Below are positions 51,923 to 62,976 of a DNA stretch of 64,000 nucleotides, piece by piece. The notes under the pieces are model-generated. The model saw nothing but the letters and a program-made list of their open reading frames with translations. It searched no databases and had not been told where the DNA came from. Origin of the DNA: Chiloscyllium plagiosum (taxonomy: Eukaryota); contig NC_057720.1 of NCBI RefSeq assembly GCF_004010195.1, positions 10,025,248 through 10,089,247 on the forward strand, in the 5' to 3' direction. Each line of letters begins with the position of its first letter. Positions within the stretch are counted from its first letter, which is position 1. Both the position numbers and the translations under genes were made by a program.

Positions 51923-54900
51923 CATGCCACAGTTTGTTCAGATTACAGTTCATGGAGAGAAGTTTACTCAATTAAGTAGATAAACACAACGGGCTTCAGT
52001 CTGAATCAGTGAATCTAAAAGGTTTGATAACTGAGTTCAATATGAAAAGTTGTTGGCCTGTTCAACCTGCGTCAATTGTTCAGAAATAACTTCAAGAATA
52101 TAATTGTGTGGATATTTCAAAATGAGAAATGGCCATTTGTCATAACAGAAGTGTTTACCGAAGGTTTAGTTAAATTGGATTCAAAGAAATTTTTTCTGAC
52201 TGTTGTGTCCAAAGTTTAAGCACAAAGGGTCATGTTTACTCTTAGGGAAGTTAGTAGAGTTGTGGCAATGTCATTTGACTAACAATCAAGAAGCCCTGTT
52301 GGGTCTCTTTGGGACATAGGTTCAAATTCCCACAATGGCAGTTGGTGAAATCTGAATTTCTTTTACATTCATTCACGGGATGAGGGTGTCACTGGCCAGG
52401 TCAGCATTTATTGCCCATCTCCAATTTCCCAAAGGGCAGTTAAGAATCAACCACATTGCTGTGGGTCTAGGGTTTCACGTTGGCCAGACCAGGTAAGGAT
52501 GCCTCTTTCCTTCTCTAAAAGACATTAGTGAACCAGATGGGTTTCTTCTCTCAATCGACTCCTCATCATCATAATTCCAGATACTCATTGAATTCAAATT
52601 CCACCATCTACTGTGGCAGGATTCAAACCCAGGCCCCCTGAACATTACCTGGGACAAGAGTCCAGCGATAATACCACTAGGCCATTAACTCCCCAAGCAA
52701 CGAATTTTAAAAAGTTGAATTTTAAAAAAAAAACTGGAACAAAACACTAGCTTTTTGTCAACCATGTAATCACCTCTGATTATCATACAAAACCCATCTG
52801 ATTAACTCATGTCCTATACGGAAGGAAATCAGTCCTTGTCTGCCTTCCTGCTCTAGCCACCATGTGACTCCACACACACAGCAATGTGGTGATGCTGAAT
52901 TGTCCTCTGGGCAGGTGGGGTAGGCATTAAATGTCAGGCTTGGCAATGATGCTCACATCCCATGATGAGTAAAACAAAATTATAAACAACACAAGAAATA
53001 TGAAGGCCAAAACAGTTTTCAAAAACTAAAAAGATGATCGCAGAAAATTGAATAAATCGTATCGATTGTGACTATTGTGAGGTTTACAAGATTGTTATAG
53101 GGCCTAGGACTACAGGTTTGTAAAAGTGTTCTAGTTTGGTGCTGTATCTTTAAATTTAGGATCAATGAAAGGGGTCAGTTGACATGCTAGAGTCTGCATG
53201 ATATTAAGTGTGGATGGTTCAATTATTAGAGATCAGAAAAAGACTTACTGTTCTCTTCAGAAAGAAGTACAAGTTATTAACACTTTGGAAGAATGAAAGC
53301 TGTTCTTAAATCTACATTGAGTAGACCCTGTGTCTCACAAAGAGATTAATTAGATTCCCTACAGTGCGGAAACAGGCCCTTCAGCCCAACAAGTCCAGAC
53401 CAATCCTCTGAAGAGCAACCCACCCAGACCCATTGCCCTACATTAACCCCTGACTAATGCACCTCACACTACGAGGCAATTTAGCATGGCCAATTCATCT
53501 GGCCTGCAGGAGGAAACCCACACAGAGAGAATGTGCAAACTACACACAGACAGTTGTCTGAGGCAGGAATTGAACCCAGGTCCCTGGCACTGTCAGGCGG
53601 CAGTGCTAACCACTGAGCCATCATTCCATCCCAATGATTGAGTAGTAAACCATTATGCTGCAAATGATTGACATAGGCGTCTGAAATGAAAACCAAAAGC
53701 ACTGCGGACGCTGTAAATCAGAAACAAAAACAGAAGTTGCTGGAAAAGCTCAGCAGGTCTGACAGCATCTGTGAAGAGAAATCAAAGTTAACGTTTTGGG
53801 TCAGAACTGAGGAAGGGTCACTGGAAATGTTAACTTTGATTTCTCTTCGCAGATGCTGCCAGTCCTGCTGAGCTTTTCCAGAAACTCCTGTTTTTGAGTC
53901 TGAGATGAAAGTTGTATTAAAAATCAAAGATAACTGAGTAACATTTTACTGAGGGACAAATTTTGTTTCTATGTAAAATAAGTTAGAGGAAATTATTTTG
54001 AGATCAGGTTACAGGCTTCCTTCGACACCCAGACTTATTAAAAATAGATGATTGCTACAATTTGTGTGGCCTGCAGCCCATTGAAATCTATTGAGCAAGT
54101 GGTAGAATTATCCCGGCCTGCACCTTAAGAAGACAAAACTGTGGTTCTAACATTCACTAGCAGGTGGCTGAGAACTTGCACTCAGATTGAAGGCTGAGCT
54201 ATTGAGCAGTTAAAGCGAGACTGGAAGATATGTCAAACTTGAAACGAGAGGAAACGTACAGTGTAAACCTCACAGTGAAATGCAATTCTAGGACTGCAAG
54301 TTACCCATCTGGCAAAGTGGAAGGAAGTAACTCACAGGAAGTTGGGAGCAGCTGTGAAACATTTATTGTGAGTCTTGTGATTTGAGGGAAAATGCTAAGT
54401 AACAAGACATTGTTCATTTCTGTAGTTTAAAGTATAAGATTCCTGTACAAATAAATTGTGTTTAGTCAGTAGTATTTTGCTAGTTGCTTTAAAACAAAAT
54501 CTTCACCATTATTTCACGGAATAATTGGAAATTCCAATTTCTTGCGAAGAGTTACAAGCCTCTTTAGAAGTTTTGATGATAGTTTTCTTACTGATAAAGT
54601 CTTCATGTTGCTGTTGATTTACTGTCTCCCACATGAGCTGTGGTCTTAATTCCACATTTTCCCCCTGTCGCAACAGCCATGTTTTCGTCGTTCCTTCAAC
54701 CACCCATCGAAAACATTCTTTACCCAGAGTGGTCGGCCTGTGGAATCCTGGGTCACAGAAACTGGTTGAGGCCAAAACATTGAATGCTTTAAAGCAGGAG
54801 TTAGGTACAGTTCTCATGGCTAAAGAGATCAAAGAGTATGGTTCGAAAGCAGGAATAGGAGACAGAGTTGGATGATCAGCACGATCATATTGAATGGTAG

Positions 54901-55199
54901 AGCAGGTATAAAGGGCCGAATGACCTACTCCTCCATATTTCTATATTTCTAACCTACTTTCTGCTGGGTCCATGGTTTGAACCCTGACATATCAGTGCTG
55001 TTGAAAAACCTTTCTAAGTACTGGTTATTAGTTCTGTATTTTCTCTCTCTTTCACCTTTGATTTAAGTCAAAGAGTCATTATTTTGAGACTATGCATCAA
55101 TTCATTGTGGAGGAACGATGAACAGCTCTGAGTGTGTGAGCACATATGTTCTTGATCATACCAAGTACATGCAATGCTATTGCACATTTCCAGAGATCA

Positions 55200-56694
55200 G
55201 ATCAGATATGTAGGCAGACCGACAAGGGGAGAGGCCATTTTGGATTTGGTGCTCGGCAACGAACCAGGACAGGTGTCAGATCTCAAGGTGGGAGAGCACT
55301 TTGGTGAAAGTGATCACAACTGCCTCAGATTTAGCATAGCCTTGGAGTGGGAAAGGAGCAGTTACTGAGGGAAGATGTTTAATTAGGGAAAAGGAAATTA
55401 TGACACTATCAGACAGGAGTTGGGAATTACAGACTGGGAGCAATTGTTCCACAGAAAGGGCACAGCAGACATGTGGAGACTATTTAAGGAGCAGTTGTTG
55501 CGAGTAATGCACAAATTTGTTCCTCTGAGACTGGTAAGAAGGGGTAAGATTAAGGAACCTTGGATGACGAGAACAGAGGAACTTCTCGTCAAAAGGAAGA
55601 AGGCAGCTTACGTAGGGTGGAGGAAGCAAGGATCTAGCACAGCTTTAGAGGATTACAGGCTTTCCAGAAAGGAGCTCAGAAATGGACTGAGGAGAGTCAG
55701 GAGGTGGCACGAAAAAGGCTTGGCAAGAAGGATTAGGGAGAACCCAAAAGCATTTCACTTATACGTGAGGAATAAGAGAATGATCAGGGAGAAGGTAGGG
55801 CCGATCAGGGATAGCAGAAGGAACTTGTGCATGGAGTCTGAGCAAATAGGGGAAGCCTTAAATGAGTTTTTTGCTTTGGTTTTCACCAAGGATAGGGAAC
55901 TTGTTGTGAATGAAAACTTAGAGGAGCTGGGATACAGTCTTGACCAGATCAAGATTGATGAAATTGATGTTCTAGAAATTTTGGAAAACATTAAGATTGA
56001 TAAGTCCCCAGGGCCAGACCAGATTTATCCTAGGCTGCTCCGGGAAGCGAGAAAGGAGGTTGCTAAGCCGCTGGCGAGGATATTTGCCTCCTCCCTCTCC
56101 ACGGGAGTTGTACCGGAGGATTGGAAGGAGGCGAATGTTGTTCCTCTTTTCAAGAAGGGTAATAGGGAAATCCCTGGCAATTACAGACCAGTCAGTCTTA
56201 TGTGTGTGGTCAGCAAAGATTTGGAAAGAACTCTGAGAGATAGGATTTATGACTATTTGGCAAAGCACAGTGTGATTAAAGGAAGTCAGCATGGCTTTGT
56301 GAGGGGCAGGTCATGCCTCACAAATCTTATTGAGCTCTTTGAGGGGGTGTCAAGACAGGTTCGACGATGGTCAAGCAATGGATGTGGTGTATATGGATTT
56401 CAGCAAGACATTTGATAGGGTTCCCCATGGTAGGCTCATTCATAAAGTCAGGAAGTATGGGATATAGGGAGATTTGGCTAACTGGATTCAGAATTGGCTG
56501 GCTGACAGAAGGCAGAGAGTGGTTGTAAATGGAAAGTATTCTGCCTGGAGGTCAGTGGTGAGTGGGGTCCCGCAGGGCTCTGTTCTTGGGCCTCTGCTCT
56601 TTGTAGTTTATTTCAATGATTTGGATGAGGAGGTTGTGGGGTGGGTTAGTAAATTTGCAGATGACACTAAGTTTGGAGATGTCGTCGATAGTAT
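55200..56694 (+). mobile_element. CR1-clade LINE ORF2 (endonuclease end to RT), cut off at an ERV LTR
   Basis: RPTRGEAILDLVL..SDHN, 331-aa ORF with YRPVSL and SCLTNL, then KFADDTK just before the junction. Confidence 0.92.
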
Positions 56695-57416
56695 TGTGCA
56701 AGATAGGGACCTCTGCGACCCCCCATCAGGCACTCTGCTTCCCTTCCCAAGAACAAAGACACGGAGGAGTTCGTCCAAAACTATGTATTCAGTTCTGCAG
56801 AACCGGGTGTTACCTCAATGGCTTCCCACGAGGCACACACACAGATTGTAATCCCCGCGCATTATATACATGTAGTAATGGGCTGGGCCTTCTACTGTCT
56901 CAGCCAATGGGTGTCAAAGTTCCCCACTGTCCTCCCTGATGGATGAGATTATTTGGTTCATCACCCAGCCAATCAGTGTTTGAGTTCACCGTTCTCCCTT
57001 ATATGGATGATGATGTACAGCCATGGGTTGTGGGCAGTCCCTCAGCCACGAGGAAAGCTGTTTCCATTGTTCCATTCATGAAAATCTAGGGGAGTATCTG
57101 CTGGTGCTTACTACAGGGTAGAAAGGACTAAAATGGTGGCTTTGTACTTACTATGTGCATACTACAACAGTTAATGATTTAAAAATTACACCACCCCTTA
57201 CAAATCCCCCGTGTCTTTTCTTACGGTTTGTAATTTTTAAACTGGGAGTTTCCTCTCCAGGGCGTTTAATAACTCCCGAGCTTGTTCATCAAACTGCCCA
57301 TCTCTAATACCACCCCCGCCCAAGAGGGATTCACGTTGTTCCATCTCGAGATTCATTCGTTCAACCTGCCCATAGGGAACGTCCCTCTTAGTAAGGGCGG
57401 TTTCGATCAGTCGTTG
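56695..57416 (-). mobile_element. Endogenous retrovirus 3' end: env C-terminal tail, polypurine tract and ~508-bp LTR
   Basis: QRLIETALTK...LERKLPV* (57416-57237), purine tract AAGAAAAGACACGGGGGA, LTR TGTAAG...GCACA (57202-56695) with CCAAT boxes and TATATAA. Confidence 0.7.
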
Positions 57417-57612
57417 GGGAGGAATCGAAGGAGAAATTGTTAAGGGTGAGGACCAGTTCAGCCAAACGAATGAGAGTGTCGGTGGAAGGGTACTGTTGGG
57501 GACATTGGGAGAGGAAGAAATGGAGGGCTTGGAGGCCCTGGTCATGGCGGATGGAGGTGTAGAGGGATTGGATATCCATGGTGAAGATGAGGCGTTGGGG
57601 GCCGAGGATTCA
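57417..57612 (-). mobile_element. Penelope-like RT fragment
   Basis: MDIQSLYTSIRHDQGLQALHFFL...TLIRLAELVLTLNNFSF, PLE RT motif A region. Confidence 0.85.
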
Positions 57613-57644
57613 TAGTGAACATGAGGGACCAGGATTAGGAAACC

Positions 57645-57810
57645 ACGACACAGGGAGACCCCCTTCCCCCACAGAGAGACCAACCCACAGGGGGACTGCC
57701 CCACAGGGAGACCACCCCACAAAGGAGAGAGCCACACGGGGAGTGAGTCACACAGGAAGAGAGTCCCACAGGGAGAGAACCACACAGGAGAGTGCCACAC
57801 AGGGAGACTG
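57645..57810. repeat. Degenerate ~15-bp tandem repeat (CCACACAGGGAGAGA-like)
   Basis: About 10 imperfect units visible by eye. Confidence 0.65.
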
Positions 57811-59942
57811 CAGCAAGCTAGTTAGATAGACAGATAGTACAGTACAGCATAGGAACAGGTCCCACTGCCCACTGTGTCTGTGCTGAAACTGATGTTATTC
57901 CAAACTAATCCCACCTTCCTGCACATGGTCTCCATTCCTCTATTCCCTGCTTGTACATGTATCTGTCTAAATGCCTTGCAAACTTTACTATCATCTCTGC
58001 TTCTACCATCTCCTGTCGCAGCATGTTCCAGGCACCTACGTACCTTTGTGTAAAAAGCTTCCCTCACACATCTCCTTTAGTCATTTCCCATCTGATTGTT
58101 GTATTTGACCTATCCACCCTGGGAAAAAGACTACTATCCACCCTATCCAGGCCCCTCATAATTTTATGTACTTCTATCAGGTCACCCTTCAGCCTTTGAT
58201 GCTTTACTGAGAACAACCCTCCAACCTCTCCTTGCAGCTAAAACTCTCCAATTCAGGCTACATTCTGGACCTTCTGCAAAGCATCCAAAGTTTGGGAAGC
58301 TCAGTTGGCTGGATAGTTAGTTTATGATGCAGAGTGGTACCCACAATATGGGTTCAATTTCCACAGCAGCTGAGGTTACCATGAAGGTCACTCCTGCTCA
58401 ACCTCTCCCTCAGTTGTGACCTTCAGGTTAAGTTGCCATGAGTTGTCTCCCTCTTTCTAATGAGAGTACGGTTCAGCAAGACCATAACAAGTTTACCTTT
58501 GCATAATTATTTAAAGAGAAAGGTAATTGGGTAATGGCAGGAGAGTGGCACTCAGTCATGATGTTAATGTGGAGGATCAGTACAGGCACAGTGGGCCCAA
58601 TGGCCTCATTCTGCACTCTCACATTTCTGTGATTCCATGAACTGGAAAATCTTGAGAGATGCATGCAATATACTAAAAAAGTGCTCCCCAAAACCTTTCC
58701 TATTGTGACCCCACTTGGAAGCTTGCACATTGCCATGATCCCAGACCTGTGAGAGCGGGGGAGGGGTTGATGTGGAGACGGTGGGGGTGAAGACCTTTGT
58801 CTTTAGTTTGGGGAGGAATGTGAGAGGAAGAGAATGAGAGTTCCGTGAAAATGGGGAAATGTCGGAAAGCTGTTTAATTCCCAAGGGTTTTAGGTAAAAT
58901 CCATCCAGCTTTCCACAGGATTTTTCAGGGAAAATATTCAGGCTACTGTTTAGAAAAAAAAGCTGCCACCCAATCAAGCTCCATGGCAAGCATTGCCATC
59001 TTGGAGCTCGTGACCTCTGACCTTGCTGTGGGTCATGAAACAGTTTGAGATGCCTGGGGTTAAAGAGTTACTTGTGGATGAAGGACTGTAGATTATACAA
59101 CCTTGGTTACTCACATGAGGAAGGATTGAACAGGCAGCTTTGATGAAGAGTTATCTAGACTCGGATTGTTAGCTTGCTCTCTCTCCATGGACGCTGTCTG
59201 ACCCACTGTGATCTCTAGCATTTGTTGTTAAGGTGTATCCTTCTGTAAGGGTGGGTTGACAGGGGCTGAAAGGATTATGAACGGAGTTTATACGATAGTT
59301 GTGGTAAAACATTTCCACTTCTGGGAGATCAGTTGCAAATACAAAATAGTAATTTAAAAATTCAAGAAGGAATTCAGAGGAAACTGTTTTATGCAGAGAA
59401 TGGTGAACTCTCCACCACAAGAATTGTTGAGATGAGTAGCATAGATATATTTAAGGAACATTGGAGCAGGATTAAGCCATTCAACTCTGCCATTTAGTTA
59501 GAACATGGCTGATATTAGAATCACAGAATCCCAATAGTGCAGATAGAGGCTATTTGGCCCATTGTGTCTCTACCGACCCTCTGAAAAGCGTCTCACCCAG
59601 ATCCACCCCATCCCTCTCATCCATATTTCCCATGGCTAATTCACTGAGCTTTCATATCCCTGGATGATGGGGTAATTTAGCATGGCCAATCCATGTAACC
59701 TGCACATCTTTGGACTGTGGGAGGAAACCCACGCAGACACGGGGAGAATGTGCAAACTCCACACAGACAGTTGTCGAGGGTGGAATCAAACCTAAGTCTT
59801 GGTGTTATGAGGCTAATCACAGAACCACTGTGCTGAAAAGGCTAGGCATTGTCATGGTTTAACTAAGCGGCAAAGTTTCCTGGAGGGTTTCTCCTTGTGA
59901 GGGTCAGTGGTATTTTTCACCATATCATTTCAAAGCTGCTTC

Positions 59943-60178
59943 TGAAATTAACTCCAAAGGGGCAGGTATCTCAACACCAAGTCACCCTTACTTTACACGT
60001 GAAGAGTCCTGGACATGATCCAGCTCCCTCAGAGCCAGTCCTCAGAGTGAACAGAACCTCTGACATTCTTGTTTATATCTGTCAGCCGGGGCTCCCTGAT
60101 TGGACCAGGTTAACAGCCCCAGTCAGGGAAATCATATTCTGTGAGATCCACCTGGCCGAGCTTGTTACAATCTCTACA
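59943..60178 (-). mobile_element. Solo LTR (236 bp) with 5-bp TSD
   Basis: Minus strand TGTAGAG...ATTTCA; TSD GCTTC at 59938-59942 and 60179-60183; internal CCAAT and TATAAA. Confidence 0.8.
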
Positions 60179-61297
60179 GCTTCATTAACTGCCTAGTTCT
60201 ATGCCAACTGCCTATGACAGTGCTCTACTCTGGTGTCAACATGATTCTACCACTTACCACTCCTGGCACTTCCAAGAAAAGGTCATTTTTCCTATCATCA
60301 TTCCACCACCATCTTTAAACACCTGTTGTTCACCTGGGCAGGTTCTGTCAGTCAGAGCTGCCCTGCAAGGTGCCTGACATTTATCCTGGGCATGGCAGAC
60401 AGGAGAATGTGGTGCCTCACTTTGTGGACTGGGTCCTGAAGATTTTGGGGATGGGGTGATGCAGAAGAGGGACACCCTCTCGTTTCAAGAATTGTCCATA
60501 TCTAGTTTCCTCATGGCAGGTGGTGAGGGGGGTAGATGAAGTGAGAGACCATTGAACCTCTACAGCAAGCCATTTGACCCATCAAAGGAACAGGAGAATC
60601 GACGTTTCGGGCATTAGCCCTTCTTCAAGAATTCCCTTCCAGCAACACATTTTCAGCTTTGATCTCCAGCATCTGCAGTCCTCACTTTCTCTTCCATTTG
60701 ACCCATCAAGTCCTACCAACCCTCTGAAGAGCATCCTACCAAGAACCATCCTGTAACCCTTAATTTCCCATGACTAGTCCATCTAACCTGCACATCCCTG
60801 GACACTATAGGAAATTAACGACATCTAATCCACCGAAGCTGCACATCTTTGGTCTGTGGGAGGAAACCGGAGCACCAGATGAAACCCACGCAGACATGGG
60901 GAGAATGTGCAAACTCCACACAGACAGTCAACTGAGGCTGGAATCAAACTCGGGTCCCTCACGCTGTGAGGTAGCAGTGCTAAACACTGAGCCACCATGC
61001 CACCTGGCATGCCAATATTGGCACACAAGTGCACAGCTCCCTAAGAGTAGCACTAACAGTAGCGCAGGTGTAAAGAAGGCAAATGGAATGTTCTCTTTCA
61101 TTGGCAAAGGCATAGAACGGAACAGTTGCTCAGTGGTTAGCGCTGCTGCCTCATAGCACCAGGAACCCAGGCTCAATTCCAGCCTCGGGTGACTGTCTGT
61201 GTGGAGTTTGCACATTCTCCCCATGTCTGTGTCTGTGTGGGAGTGCTCCAATTTCTTACCACAATCCAAAGATGTGCAGGTTACGTGAATTGGCCAT

Positions 61298-61493
61298 AGA
61301 GTCCTTGACATGATCCAGCTCCCTTAGAGCCAGTCCTCAGAGTGAACAGAACCTCTGACAATCTGTCAGCCTGGGCTCCCTGATTGGACCAGGTTAACAG
61401 CCCCAGTCAGGGAACTCATATTCTGTGAGGTCCACCTGGCCAAGCTTGTTACAATCTCTACAGCTTCATTAACTGTCTAGTTCTATGCCAACT
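61298..61493 (+). repeat. Direct copy of 60003-60209 inserted in a SINE
   Basis: High identity, one 11-bp deletion; includes the LTR end, its TSD and flanking sequence. Confidence 0.9.
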
Positions 61494-62064
61494 AAATTGC
61501 CCATAGTGTTCAGGGGTGTGTAGGTTAAGTACATTAGGGAGGGGTAAATGTAGGGAAATGGATCTAGGTGGGTTACTCTTCAGAGGGTTGGTGTAGACTT
61601 GCTGGGCCTGTTTTCACGCTGTAGGAATTCTGTGAAAAGTAAGGATGTAATGATGAATCTGTACAAGAGTCTAGTGAAGCCACAACTGGAGTATTGTGTG
61701 CAACTCTAGAGAGAGTGCAGAGAAGATTTATCAGAATGTTGCCAAGGCAGGAGAATTGTGGCTATGAGGAGAGATTGGGGACATATTCCTTCAAAGTGAG
61801 AAGACTAATTGGGGTACACTAGATTGTGAGAGGTAGACATACAGTAGACAAGAGGGACTTATTTCCTTGACAGAGAATTGCAAAGCCAGAGGTCATTGAT
61901 TCAAGCAAAATGGCAGATAGATTAGAGGGGACATGAGGAAAAACCTTTTTAAGCAGAGGGTGGTGGATGTCTGGAATTCACTGCCTGACCTGATAGTGGA
62001 AAAAGAGAGCCTAAACTCTTTTAAAAAGTACCTGGATCTCCACCTTAAGTGCTGTAAGCTACAA

Positions 62065-62510
62065 GGCTATGGGACATGTGCAGGACGATGGGACATGTGC
62101 AGGACGATGGGACATGTTCAGGGCTAAGGGACATGTGCAGGGCTATGGGACATGTGCGGGACGAGAGGACATGTTCAGGGCTATGATACATGTGCAGGAC
62201 AATGGGACATGTGCAGGTCGATGGGAAATGTGCAGAACTTTGGGACATGTGCAGGACGATGGGACATGTACAGAGCTATGGGACATGTGCAGGATGATGG
62301 GACATGTGCAGGGCTATGGGACATGTGCAGGACGATGGGACATGTGCAGGACTATGGGACATGTGCAGGGCTATGGGACATGTGCAGGACGATGGGACAT
62401 GTGCAGGACTGTGGGACATGTGCAGGACGAAGGGACATGTTCAGGGCTATGGGACATGTGCAGGACAATGGGACATGTGCAGGACGATGGGCCATGTGAA
62501 GGACGATGGG
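62065..62510. repeat. 19-bp minisatellite, about 23 units
   Basis: Unit GGGACATGTGCAGG(ACGAT/GCTAT), embedded in the 3' end of a CR1 fragment (about 61635-62590). Confidence 0.95.
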
Positions 62511-62961
62511 ATTGGAAAGTGCAGCTGGGAGTATTTGGGTTGGCATGGACAAAATGGGCTGAATGTTCCCTTCTGTGGTGCATCACTTCTCTGGTTCAAC
62601 TTGAAATGTGTGGTTAATGAGGCCAACATCAGCAATAATCGCTGTGAATAGGCATCTCACCGATATCTCATGTGAACCTCCTCTCAATGCCTCGATCTCT
62701 GAAAATGCAACACGTTTCTCCCAACATTGACAATGGCCTCACTTGCTTTCTGACTTTGTTCTCTCAGACCTGATGCCCAGAGCCCACTTCATTCAGAGTC
62801 TTTCACATTCTGCACATGGGGATTAAATCCCCACCATTTGGCTATTGACTGTATGCACTCATTGAGCCATCAGTGCATGATACAGTTTCATACAGTAACA
62901 TTAACAGCCAACTCCAACCCCTGCTCTCTGGAACAACTTACATTTGACTTCATAAAGGTTT

Positions 62962-62976
62962 AGGTCACGAAGACCT
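62962..62976. promoter_or_regulatory. Imperfect ERE, candidate distal enhancer
   Basis: AGGTCAcgaAGACCT (11/12), near C/EBP, HNF6 and HNF4-like motifs. Confidence 0.45.

Noticed and set aside
53930..54520. Possible additional solo LTR
   Set aside because: Could not identify TG...CA ends or a target-site duplication by eye.
55420..56415. 331-aa ORF as an active or domesticated reverse transcriptase
   Set aside because: CR1 ORF2 fragment with an upstream stop, a frameshift before RT motif A, and truncation at the LTR.
62065..62510. CRISPR-like array
   Set aside because: Units are contiguous with no unique spacers, no cas genes, and the context is a vertebrate genome.
62069..62651. Long Cys/Gly/Met-rich ORFs in several frames
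   Set aside because: By-product of a stop-free 19-bp tandem unit; no splice or promoter context.
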